64,000 bases of DNA from positions 3,720,001 to 3,784,000 of the forward strand of contig MU058213.1 of the NCBI GenBank assembly GCA_013265495.1, written 5' to 3'. The notes under the pieces were generated by a model that did no database searches, was not told where the DNA came from, and saw nothing but the letters and a program-made list of their open reading frames with translations. This document shows positions 52,659-64,000 of this stretch, piece after piece. The DNA comes from Vicugna vicugna. Taxonomy: Eukaryota. The translations under genes and the position numbers were made by a program. The number at the start of each line of letters is the position of its first letter. Within the stretch, counting starts at the first letter, position 1.

Positions 52659-53349
52659 TGTAGCCCTGTGATCATTGCCTCCAAGGAGGTATGCAGCAGG
52701 AGGGAAAGCAGAAATAGGCTACAAGTCTCCTTGGCTTTTTCATTCCAAAACTGTAAGCCCTTAGGGCAACTTAAAGAGGAAGTTAATAAGAAGTGGGGAT
52801 AAAATTCCCAGGTGTAAATGGCATGTCTCAGAAGAAACACGAAAGAACAAAGATCTACCTCAACAAACAGATATTGTCTTGGAGGGTAGGAATGAGAAGA
52901 TCTGTGAGGTCCAGAGCTTAGACACTGGGGCACTGCTTCCAGCTAATACAATCAGGGAGACAGCAGGAAGAAAGCATCAGAGAGAAATGGCTCTTGGAGC
53001 ATCTAGACAGACGGAACGTGGGCAGTCTGAGATAGATTCCCAGGCACTAAATTGGCACAGAAGCATCAGAGATCTTCAAGAATTGGAGGGACGATGGAGA
53101 TAGGACAGTGGACTCCTAGTGGGAACTGTGTAAGTTCCCCTCTGTGCCCTGGCACCGTGTAAGACTCTGAGATTATGATACAATCCAGGATGAAGGATGC
53201 CCTTCAGAATGGCTGAGATCACCTTCCCTGTCAGCCCAGTGGAATGGAGTCAGAAAGTAAGTCAGGACCAGAAAGTAAGTTGAAATGTAAAAAAAGAAAC
53301 TGAGTTGTGTATCGTATCCAAGCTGGTGACTGACATCCAAATTACTACA
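52659..53349. mobile_element. Possible ancient solo LTR (Gypsy-like or ERVL; family uncertain)
   Basis: Begins 'tgtagcc', ends 'ctaca', about 690 bp, purine-rich interior; resemblance only. Confidence 0.35.
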
Positions 53350-54360
53350 TCTTCATGTCTAGTTACGACTTTTTCCCTCAAGTTCCAGCCAAGAGCTTAC
53401 TGGAAAATTCTCATTGGGTATTCCATTATCACCTCAAATTTGGCATATTTATTACCATACCAATAATATTCCCACTGAGGCAGAGCCAGCCACAACAATT
53501 ACCTCGGGACTCTTCTTCCTGTAATCAGGAGAGAAACCCAGGGACAGGGAAAAGCAATATGGGCAGAGTGTCCCTTATTTTTACTTAATATCAGGATGTT
53601 TTCTAATTTAGCCCAGGTCAAGGAGGGTGTTATGTTCTTTTAACATAAGGCTGAAGTTTGCAATAAATAAAATCGAAGTTATACCAATAGGAGAAATAGA
53701 AATCTTTCGTGTGGAGAGATGTGTTAAGGAAAATTAAACTTCAAGGTTGTTGGTTGTTTGATTATGATTACTGGAGAGAATCCCAGCCACGGATAGAGTG
53801 GAAACTTTCTACACCTGTTCTTTTCCCAACTTTTCATGGAGCAGTGAAGGATCTGAGATTGAACCCTCCTTGCATGTTAAAAGTTAGCCTGAAAGTTTCT
53901 GGGAAGCTGGGTCAGAGATAAAGGATGTTTTACTCATGGCAAGCAGATAGCATGAGCTTCCTATTTCCTTTGGTTCTGCTTCCCCTTAAGTCCCATAAGG
54001 GTGATGCAAAGTAGATTTTGTGCATGTAGTAGGTGTGTATCAGGTCCCAAGAAGGAGTTAGGAGTTGAGTTCTATAAGGACAGGTGGCAGACTCCAAAGA
54101 AATGGAGAGGCAAACACTGCAGAATGTACAGATGGAAATAGAGTGGTTTAAAGATAGGGAAATTTTCATAGTGGGGCGGACGGCTGGGATGGGGAGCTTC
54201 TAACTACTACCTAAAGATCTAGAGGGTGAAGCCTCATGTGGAAAAAGAGAGTAAATTTCAAAGACCAGGACCCAATGCCCCATTTTCTACTCCCACCAAC
54301 CACTCAGCACTCATCTCAGTAAAATATCTGTACTCTTCCATTTGATTGGGAGAAGGTAGG

Positions 54361-57160
54361 TGCTGCAGGTTGGGTCCTCCAGGATGCAAACTCTGAGAGT
54401 GAAAAATGTTTATTACAGAATACCCTTGGGATTAATACCTGAAGGGGAAAGAAAAGAAGGAGGTAGAGAGAAAAACCAAACTGTAATGCAGGACTGACAA
54501 CACTTTGGCCAATGCCAGGCAGAGCACCAGAGCTAATTGTCAGAGTTGTCTTATTTGGGTGGAAATGGTGGGGCCTTGTATCTTAGTAGCAGTCAGTCAT
54601 TGAATGCGTGCCATCGGGAAGGGTTGTGACCTGGGTGAGAGACCTTACTGCAGCTAAGGAAATTCTGGAAGGGGCTAAGAGCTGGGTCCACAAAAGCCAG
54701 CGACTGAGTAGCAAAGTCCTTCTCTAAACGGGGGTCTTAGTGTCACATTTTTGTGTCCCTCTCTATATACCCTCTGCATGGCCCAAATCTACTTCTTAAA
54801 ATATGACTGGAAGGAGGCTCCTCTAGGATTCTGACAAGCTTCTCCTGCTGGGGAAAAGAAGGGGAATGTTAGCGAGATGAACTACAGCCACCATCCTTGC
54901 AGCTCGTCTCAGTCCAGACGCCTGTCATCCTCAGGTGGCACCTCTGCTGTTTTTGAACATGAATCCCATGTGAGAAAGGGGCACTGTTCTTTAGGATGCT
55001 GCCTTAAAGTGATATCCAGTAGTCCCTGAAATATTTGGGCAGTTCCCTTTCCCCAGTGCATATATATCTGTAAATGGCCATAGGGCCCACTGGGGAAAAG
55101 GCTTTACCGTGTACATTTGGTCTGTTGTTACAGGGAGCTGCACCCTCGGGGTCCAAAACACTGGTTCAATTTTGAAAACTGGGCAAAAGGTCATGAGGTT
55201 TTGTTGGGACAACTGTCCTCAGCCTCCTAATTAAGTCACCCTTGATTTCTTCTGATGGTACAAGTTGAATAGTGCATTTGGTTTTGTCCATCTGTTTTGT
55301 ACTAACCATCCCCATAACTCTGTGGATCCGTTCCTCTTGGATGCCAGTCTGAACTTGCCATTCGCCGTAATAATTGCATCAACCTAGCTTCTGATCATTA
55401 GACACTACCACCTGGCTTCTATCATTGTGGGGCGTTACCTTCCCTATTTCTGTGAGTAAGCCTGGCACTCTAATTGTCTCTCCTATCAAGAGCCCAGGCA
55501 TGCAAAACAGAACCAACACTGAAGTTTTCAAGTGATGCCTGTCTTCCTCTCACCGGCACATCCCTTTATGGTCTTGGTAACTTGTGTATCCTTCAGGTCT
55601 TCGCATTAAACATAACCATTTGGGGGAGTTTTTTTTTTTTGGTACAGTGTATCTACCCTTGTGCCTTTCAATCCTTTTTTCCATCTGCCACAGGGATTCT
55701 GGTGTTTTGACCTCTTTTATACTGGACCGTCATTTTTTCCATGCTTTTATGTGCTATCCATTTAGTGAGTTCATGCTCTCTCTGGGGACCCTTGCTGTAG
55801 TTGTTAAACTCCATACTTTAGGATTTAATAAATAACCCCTTTTACAATCTTTTGTTCTAATCCTCTTGGTCAAGCACTCCAGGATATGGTCCCATGTATA
55901 CTTCCCCAGCTCTTTCCAGCACATGCTGGCTCGCTCCTGTGTTTCCTTTCTGTCCTTATTAGTCCCAACATGTCCCCAGCTGGGGTTTGCTATGATCCCC
56001 ATCAGAATCCTCCCTCAACTACCTACCTTAAAGATCCTTAGAGGAGCACATATTGTCTTGCAGGAGAGAGAAATCTGCATTTTCTTTAAGCAAGAGAGGC
56101 TTGGTAGCTCTGAATAGGGAGGGTTGGGCTCTTTCTGCAGGCTGATGGCTTTCAGGAAATCTGAGAATATTTTCAAGGGTAATCAACTGAAACTTCCCCA
56201 CTCCAAGTGTTAAGGTCCATTTCTTCCTCAGATAGTTTTTGACCTGTCCTGTTTGAAAGCTGAACTTTTTTGGAAAGTACCTACTTTAATAATTAAGTTC
56301 TGGGCCTGGTCCCAGGTTTTCTCTGCCCTCCTGCTGCAGGAAATGAGAGCCACTTTATATGCTGCTAAGGGGCCCCTGGTTTTCCACTTGATTCTCAATT
56401 GTGTTTTAATTGCTCTCAGCCTTTTGTTATCTTTTGCTAGAGCATCAATGCAGTTTAGCATTAGCTATGGAATTCCGTTGTCCTAGTAGTTACTGTTGTA
56501 TCCATATTTCTCAGATGTCTAACACAGCAAACCAGCTAGGTCATTTCTTTCTCCTGGTCTGCCTTCCCAGCTCACCACTAGTGGAAATTTGGACCATTGC
56601 ACAGCTCCCTGCCGCCAGAGGCTGTCTTTGCTTCATTTACTCTCAGTGATGGCATCCTCATTAACAAGCAGGTAGTGAAGAACTAACTCTAAACCCCCAT
56701 CTCACTTGTTTTTCTTAGACCACTCCTGGCACTGGTTATTGCAGGTTAGACTTTCTGGGAAGCACACTGAGTTGGAGTTCAAGGTGCAGGATGGTCATTA
56801 GGAAGTGCCACTGTGATCAGTACCTGTGGAAGGGAGGGAAGAGAAGGAGGGTTAGGCAGAGGGAGACACTGAGCTGTCTTGACAGTCTTGGCAGAACCCT
56901 TGGAGGAGTTCTGGAGCTGAAGTAGTCATCAGACGTTTCCTGTATTGGGCCCAAATGGCAGGGCCTTTGTACCCCCTTGTTAATAAGTCATGGCTGTGAG
57001 CGGCCCTGGAAAGGGCATGACCTTGGGCCAGGCACTGTCTGTAGCTGAGGCAGATCCCATATGTGCTGACAGCTAAAGGCTGCCTGCTGACAGCACCTCT
57101 AGCAGCTGGAGTTACAGACTCTTTCCATGAAGGGGTATCTAGATGGTATGGCCTTGACAG
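54361..57160 (-). mobile_element. Internally deleted ERVL provirus: LTR16A-like 5' LTR (about 56736-57160), PBS, gag, start of pro, 3' LTR (about 54361-54775)
   Basis: Two homologous same-orientation LTRs. Leu-tRNA-like PBS ('ccactcctggcactg', 56720-56734). Gag-like peptides 'ALISCSRRAEKTWDQAQNLIIKV' and 'ELGKYTWDHIL'; protease-proximal 'LWPFT...GKGN'. Confidence 0.85.
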
Positions 57161-57551
57161 TGGGTGAGGCAGTAACTGAAGCATTTAGGTGGGAGCCTCC
57201 TCCTCCATGATATTGGTAGGCGTCAGCACCACCTTCATGGTGTGTTATTGAGTATAGGATTAACCACCCACATAAAACAAGCCAGCTAAAGAAAACCTAA
57301 TGTTGACCCCCATGACCTCCTCTCTTGCCCCCTAATTAATTTTTTTTCAATTAATGGTGCCATCAGTATCACAAGCAACCATACTTCAGATGACAGTATC
57401 AGGACTCATCCTTTTCCCCTAACATTTCCAATCAGTTAGCAAGCCTTTTTTTTTTTTTTATTTTTTTTGGTAGAAAAATATAAAAAACATAAAATTGACT
57501 TTTAACCATTTAAAAATATANNNNNNNNNNNNNNNNNNNNNNNNNNNNNNN

Positions 57552-58160
57552 TTTTTTTTTTTTTAATTTTTTTGGTAGTAAAATATACATAACATAAAAT
57601 TGACTTTTAACCATTTAAAAATATACAATTTAGTAGAATTAAGTATCACAATGATGTGCAACCATTATCACTAGTTACAGAACACTTTCATCATCCTGAA
57701 AAGAAACCTTGAACCTGTTAAATAGTCACTCCCCATCACCCTCTTACTCTGGTCCCTGGAAACCACTAGTTTGCTGTCGGTCTCTACAGATTTGCTTAGT
57801 CTGGATATTTCAAATACATATAATCATATGATACTTGGTCCATTTTGTGTGTGGCTTATTTTACTTAGCATAATGTCTTCAAGGTTCATCCATGATATGT
57901 GTTTGTATCAGTACTTCATCCCTTTTACTTGCCAAATAATATTCCACTGTATAAGTAAACCACATTTTGTTTATCCATTCATTATTTGAACATCTGAGTT
58001 GATTCCACATTTTGGTTATTATGAATAATGCTACTATGAACATGTTTGTACAAGTTTTTGTTTGAACACCTGTTTCCAATTCTCTTGAATATATACGTGG
58101 GGGTAGAATTGCTGGGTCAGGTGGTAATTCTATGTTTAACCTTTTTAGGAACAGCCAAAC
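57552..58160 (-). mobile_element. L1MB-like 3' end
   Basis: ORF 57879-58259(-) 'LKRLNIELPPDPAIL...KTCTNMFIVALF'; T-rich tail on the left. Confidence 0.88.
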
Positions 58161-58649
58161 AAGCCCTGTGTTTTCAAATGGGTTTCCCATCCATCCGTTC
58201 TTTCTGTTTTTGTTAACATCAGTAAGAGGTGGTATTCCCTCATACTTGAATAACTTCAAAATTTCTTTACTGTCATTAATCCTCCTTCTAATAGTTCTGC
58301 TTCATGCCATCACAAATCTTCCCAAAACGAAGCTTTAATGACATCAATTCACTTCCTAAACACCATCTAGTGCTTCCTTTTAACTCCTGGGTAATATCCT
58401 AATTCTTAGGTTGGCATGTAAATTCTACACATTTCCATTCCAGATTTAACTCTCACGCTTCATTCTCTAATCTTCCAGATAAACTAGTTCATTTGTCTTC
58501 TAAACACATTGAGTGTTTCCAGTTCTTGTTTTCTTGAACTACATCCTCATTCCACCTCAGGCAGAGATGGGCCATGACCCATCCTTGACTTACAAAGCCA
58601 TTGCTATTCCCAGTTTGTCCCACCTCTGAACTTCCAGAGCATTTAGATC

Positions 58650-59680
58650 AGTTTGGGGTTTGATAGTGTTTGATTAGAGAATGTTGCAGAACTTCTGGAA
58701 CAAAGAATTTATTCTCCAGAAAATATTACACAATTTTAAACAAGACAAGATTTGGAGGGAGGGGAATGATTTTATGTGAAAAGGAGAAAGAAAACCACCA
58801 AATCAAATTAATGATAGTGGTTAAAATGACTTAAGTTTGGACTTTTTTGTGGACTGTTATGAAAAGAAAGAGATTTCTGAAGATACATGCCAGCGCTAAG
58901 GAAAAATTCTTCTCTTATTTGGTAGGTGATGTAACAATGGGAGATATAACTCTGGACTTAAATCTGACTAGCAAAGAGCTGAGGATAATGTGAAATTAGA
59001 ATCTCTGAAGAGAGAGAGACCATGTCCTCTCCAGTTCCTCTGGCTTTGCAGCTGAAAACGGGATTGTCAATGTCAAACATTTCTTTTGCTTGAAGTACAG
59101 AAAATTGAGTTATGAATACTAGGGCTAGAATATCTATAAGGAATGTGGTTCAAAACATATGAGAGATTCTTATAAATATAAAATTATCACTATGCAATCC
59201 TTAATTATTTCATTGGGAAAGTGAGATAACCAGCATATAAAGAAACAAAATTAGCTATATGGGGAGCTTTGTGATAAGCTCAGGCTTTAAAATAATCTAA
59301 AAATAATAGAGGGAGAATTACGTAATTCAAAGACAAACAACCAAATGTGGCATGAATCTTTAAGACCAAAGGCTGGCATTCTAATGGATAAGAAATGCTA
59401 AAGACATGAAAAGTGCTCCTTCTGCCAGTTTCTTTTAAGATGTTTAGATGATTGGATTAAAATAACTGAAATGACACACTTTAACTGTTGGAGACAAGTT
59501 AAGCAATATTTACTAAAGAAGATAGGGCTCTGTAACTCCAATTTTCCTTCCATTTTGTCGAGCGAACTACATTCAAAGGTAGAACTAACTTAAAGTGGAA
59601 AGAGATTAGAAGCCTTTGGTAAGTAAGGAAATGGTCTTAATGCACCTTGATGCTTTAGATAAATTTAGAATTCTTCATTA
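58650..59680 (+). mobile_element. Ancient CR1/L3 LINE, ORF2 endonuclease and linker, highly decayed
   Basis: Hand translation gives 'VTMGDITLDLNLTSKEL' (CR1 PTRGxAxLDLxLTNxEEL), 'RDHV' (SDH), 'RNAKDMKS' and 'VSKEMVLMHLDALDKF', in the expected order. Confidence 0.7.
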
Positions 59681-60054
59681 ATAAAAATGGTAATGCAGAT
59701 TGAGACACTTTTCTAAATACACATGTTGAAGATCTTCTGGGTCACAGCTGTTGAAAGTCTGAGCAGGAGAAGACGGATGCTGTTGGCCTCAGTCATGACC
59801 ACAGAGCGTGGTACGGAGCTGAGAAGCCAGTGCTCGGTTTTGCTTGGGATGAGAGGAGCACTGACACTCGCTTAAGAAGACCGTTTGGTCTCACGTGCAA
59901 TCATTTGGTGGTAAGTTGATTATATGAGATAACGTCCATGTTTGCAAGAGCAAAAGTTCATTCTAGCTATGATTGTTCTGTGTTTGGGTGTGTCTTTCTT
60001 GTTCATAGAGCCTAATCTAACTGTACTCTTTGAGGGCTCACAGACTCTGATTTA

Positions 60055-61460
60055 TTAACATATCCCACATAATGTCTCCGTAGAACAAAGGACCCACCTT
60101 ATGGAAAAGGAGATGAGACAACCAGTGTATGAATATAGAACCCCACTGGTCCTCCCACATACAGCCCAACTCAGGAGCTGACAGCTTGATAATGTGCTGG
60201 AATGGCTTTTTGAAGCTTTTTCTGAGGTGCTAGCTGGGAAATGACTCCTGGGTGAGAAAGGAGCACTATTCTTTAGAATGTTTATACATCTTAAAGTGAT
60301 GGTTATTACATGGTGCCATGTCTCAGGTAGTTAGAACACATAGGTTCAGGAACCAAGGGGTAGAAATAGTACTATCCCCACTCAGCATCACTCCCAGTGG
60401 CCCACTTGGAGAATTTGTCTTCTTGCCCTTGCAGCTTTAGGATCTGTCGGTTGAAAGTTCTGAATTCCCAGGGCGGTTGGTCCTTCTGCCAAGGAACATA
60501 CAGTCCCTCTAACCTTAAAGCTCCCTGGTCACTCTGTCGTCCTTGTCTGTCTATAGCAGCTGGTAGGCAAAGAAAGTAATGACCACACTGACAGGGTTAG
60601 TGACCTCATCGCTATGAAGAGGTAGAACCGTTGATTGATAAAGGAGCAGGGAGAAATGAGTGTGGTGTTCAGCTGATCTACTGTGCCATCTCTCGGTATT
60701 CCCCTGCCTGATTGTAACTGTAAATAGATGGAAACAGCCACCATAGTCTGAGAAGGGCCTTGACCCTGTTCACTATGAGGGTCCGAGTTACTGCACCAGG
60801 CAAACCTGGATCAGTGGAAATGCTTGCCAGTGGGGAGGGGAATCTGGAATGAGCAAAAGAGGAGGGGGATGATGAGGATCTGGCCTTGTGATGCATAGCA
60901 GCAGAGGGCTGAAATCTGTCCCCTTGACCTTCCTTTTGCAACTTCCCCCAGGGTTGTGAGCACCAGAATGCTAGAGAAGCTGTGCCTGGGTTGGGTGAAC
61001 TCACGGTGACAGGCAAGCTGATCTGAGCAGGGCAAGGTGTGGACTATAGTCAATGTTCTTGGTGGCCCATACCCCCCTTTTCAGGGCAGCACATCTATCC
61101 TTGAGCTGCTGCCAGTGTGGCTGATTGATATTGGCTCACAGCTGCACCCAAGTCTCCAGAATTGCCTTGGGCCACAAGTTGCTGACTCATTCAGTCATGC
61201 CTGCAAAATGATACCCACTACTCCCAAAGCCAATAGCTGACTGATAAGGCGGTGCAAAGCCTCTTCTCAGGATGGGTCTGTTCCGAGGTGCAATCAGCGC
61301 TGATGCACCTAGACCGTGGCTAGGCTTCAGCTGAAACCATTTCTTTGCCTAGCGTCTTCTCCAGCTTCCTGGTAGCTTTCTGTTGAGAATACTCCTTTAG
61401 TGAATCACTTATACAGGAATCCTTTCTCAAGCTCTGCTTCTAGGGATCCCGACCAAGGCA
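60055..61460 (+). mobile_element. ERVL 3' fragment: integrase and dUTPase-region remnant, PPT, LTR16-family LTR (about 61045-61460)
   Basis: DNA resembles ERVL integrase (DQGTHFT..HWS..WNGLLK) and 'aggaaccaaggggtagaa...catcactcccagtggcccact'; purine tract 'agggcaaggtgtggac'; LTR end 'ctctgcttctagggatcccgaccaaggca'. Confidence 0.8.
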
Positions 61461-61519
61461 GTCCCTGCTTCTCTATTTCCAAAAAGAAAGTTCCTGAGGA
61501 AGAATTCTGATTGGCCTGG

Positions 61520-62145
61520 TATGCAGTAAAGAGTTAACACTACCGAAACAGGGGTCTGGCCTTTGCCCTCAACTACAGGGAGGTGATCCCAGGCGCTTGG
61601 AATGATCTGCCTGATTGGAGTATCTTGGCCCGGGGGCTTTGGCCCAGGAGTTATCAATCTAAAAATGTGATTTATGATGAGGGCTTTGGCCCATGTGGTA
61701 TCAGTTTTGCCTCCGGAAGGGACTAGAGATTGAAGATATCAGCCCAGTCTCCAAAAGGAGCTGGAGAGTGAAGGTCAGCCATGCAAGCAGTCTGTGATGG
61801 AGCCCCAGGATAAACTCTACACATCAAAGATTGGGGTGAGCTACCCTGGCTGGCCATGCATATTGTCACACACCGTGGCCAAAAAGAGTTAACACGGTGC
61901 ATGGCCTCCTGTGAGAAGGACGCCCAGGAGCTCTGTATTTGGACTTGTCCTAGACTCTGCTGATTTTAGTCCCTGTAATAACCTGTAACTGAGTGTAGCA
62001 GCTTTCAGTGCATTCTGAGTCCCTCTAGCAAGTTATCAAAACTGAGGGTAGTTTTGGGAATGCCCCGCATTCACAGCGGGTATTCTAAGCGACAACAGTC
62101 TTGTGTGAACACTGTTCCTCCTAACTGTTCAGTTGGCTAAACTCT
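61520..62145 (+). mobile_element. Solo LTR of the MER77/MER21 group
   Basis: 'tgcagtaaagagttaac...ggtctggcctttgccctc...ttggaatg', 'ggtgagctaccctgg', 'tattgtcacaca', 'caaaactgagggtagttttggga'. Confidence 0.75.
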
Positions 62146-63174
62146 TCTGCCTGGCTTGGGTCTCATCCCCAGCTCTGGAACCATCACTGGGGCCAGGTGA
62201 GTCGAGGGCAGCCCGCCAGGACATTTGATTGGAGTTGGGAGGGTGGGGAGCTGGTAGCATGGGCTGACAAAAAGATGTTTCGTTTCAGCAGCGTTTTTCT
62301 GGGACCTGGAATCTGCCCTGCTCTGACATGAGTTGCTTCTCGAGTCAGATTATGGCCGATGCTGCAACTTCCCTTTTTTCTCTTTCCTGCATCAGAGACA
62401 GACACTCCCCTGTCACCCCTAACCTCGACTCTCCTCTTCCGTTTAGACGCCCAATATATGCTTGTTGTTTATTGACACATCTGATATTATTTTGCTTGGA
62501 AATCAGTGGTATCTTAGTATTGAAGCCTTCTTTATCTGATGCACAAATTTCCGTATTACAACTCCTGTACTCAGTGTCTAACGTTAAAATGTTTCTTGAC
62601 ATTGAAACTTCTTTGTGAATAGATGTAGTATGTTATCCATAGCATCTTTATCATTGTTAAAGGTCGGTGGTAATTTTCTTCTAAATTTTTATTACCCTAG
62701 AGAACAATATCACCTCATTCCTTAGTTTTTCCTGTCATCGGATGTTAGCTCATGTCAGATGTGAGTTGATACTGGGAGCTGGAAGGAGACTCCATGAGCG
62801 TGACCCAAAGACAGGGAAATTTGAATTGGAATTTGAATACTAGCAGATTTTAAACATGAGTTCTATTTCACTTAGGATTAGTTTAGGAACTGGGGTAATA
62901 CACCTGTAGACCAATTGGGAGAGTTAAAAAGGCGGACACTAAGAAACCAAGGTGCAGATGGAGAATGGTAGACTTTATCTAAAGATTTCACTAACATCTG
63001 AATGAGAAAGGACCGGTTAGCGTTATAAAATCACAGTAGCGAAGGCTGCATTTCATTTTCATTTTGCTATTTGTATAATCATGTAGGCTTAACTATTCAT
63101 ATAAATGAATTTTTTTAAGCTAACTGGTAGTAACTGTATACACTTTATCTCCTAATTTAAGCTTATTTCTTCTC

Positions 63175-63365
63175 AATGCTTTCTGGAACTAGACCCAGTT
63201 CAGCACCTTATTAGCTGAATGGCTGGGGACCCTGTACTGTAACTCTCTGAGTCTTTGTTTCCCACCTGTAAAATAGCAATACGCCTCACTGCCTGGGCTG
63301 TTGTTGAGAGTATTATAGATAATTTGTGAAAGGAACTTGGCCCAGTAGAGGTGCTCCTATTAGCT
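63175..63365 (+). mobile_element. MIR SINE
   Basis: 'aactctctgagtctttgtttcccacctgtaaaat', 'gggctgttgttgagagtatta'. Confidence 0.75.
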
Positions 63366-63449
63366 CTCGTAACATTTTGGGTTTAAAAAAATTCTCCCGA
63401 ACTATCCTCAAGGAGGCTCTGGTGCCCTAACTGGTGTATTAATTAAGCA

Positions 63450-63870
63450 GCATCCTTGAATGTATCCAAGTACAAACCGTCCCTTTTGGGTTTCCATCCT
63501 TTCTATATCCTGAATCACTTCTTGAGGACTGAGCTTTTATTGGCTTCTGCCTTCTTGGGCTCTGCTCTTTTGAAGGCGCCAGTACCTTCAACCTGACAGT
63601 CAGTCTCACCAGCTTCCACACCATCTTGCAGCCATTGCTTTTCACTGTGTTCCTAATGAGCAACTGTTAATCAGATTCAAATCGGAGTCCTTGGAGTATG
63701 TGATTAGTCTTACTGCTTTAAGCCTGTGTTTCGTGCATCCTGGCTTCTCAGATGCCCCAGGGCCCCAGCCTCTGCTCATCCCTCTGTGTTTTTCCAGGGC
63801 ATTTGACCAGATTTCTGCCTCAGTTAACTGTCCAGGATTCAAGTTCCCCTTTGGTACAGGGGCACTGAAA
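63450..63870 (-). mobile_element. Probable CR1/L3 ORF1 (SGNH/GDSL esterase-like) remnant
   Basis: Minus peptides 'TEAEIWSNALEKHR', 'SRGWGPGAS', 'RLITYSKDSDLNL..LGT' and 'RDGLYL' parallel CR1 ORF1 blocks TEAxICRPD, REVCCLPGA, RLI...HVGTND and RDGxHL, in order. Confidence 0.45.
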
Positions 63871-64000
63871 CAAATCCATGTGGATGGGACCCAGCTACCT
63901 GCTCTTGGTGTGCTGAATCCTGTGCTTCATAAACCAAGGCTATGTTAGACTTCTGCTCCTGAAACCAAAAGCCACTACCTCTCCTGACTTAATTATTTTC

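Noticed and set aside
57445..57625. About 60-bp direct repeat flanking the N gap
   Set aside because: Typical overlap of contig ends around a poly-T run; most likely an assembly artefact.
62700..63070. Possible continuation of the CR1/L3 RT C-terminus ('DQLGELKRRTLR')
   Set aside because: Similarity is too weak to call without a profile search.

Overview
Mammalian genomic DNA, very probably camelid (two Vic-1-like tRNA-derived SINEs). The only protein-coding sequence I can support is the first coding exon of the transcription factor gene RFX7 (minus strand, 40448-40608, [21 protein letters not shown]...), which lies in a CpG-island promoter at about 40.3-42.1 kb. Positions 1-40447 are its large intron, and 41.4-64 kb is upstream sequence. 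Nearly all other ORFs in the track are decayed transposon or ERV sequence, or chance: Tigger1, L1, L2, MIR, MLT1/MLT2, ERVL/LTR16 and CR1/L3. Most notable signals: (1) two near-consensus, zero-spacer p53 response elements in the RFX7 intron, one inside an old L1 fragment; (2) a tightly spaced, head-to-head pair of CTCF motifs upstream of the promoter; (3) a strong-Kozak 5-codon uORF plus NAGNAG acceptor and alternative donors in the RFX7 leader; (4) a divergent + strand splice donor suggesting a bidirectional promoter; (5) an internally deleted two-LTR ERVL provirus; (6) CR1/L3 fossils including a probable ORF1 esterase remnant in opposite orientation to ORF2; (7) a ~250-bp tandem duplication inside a young L1. 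I found no evidence of a wholly new gene system. Repeat family names come from recalled consensus sequences, and their boundaries are approximate.
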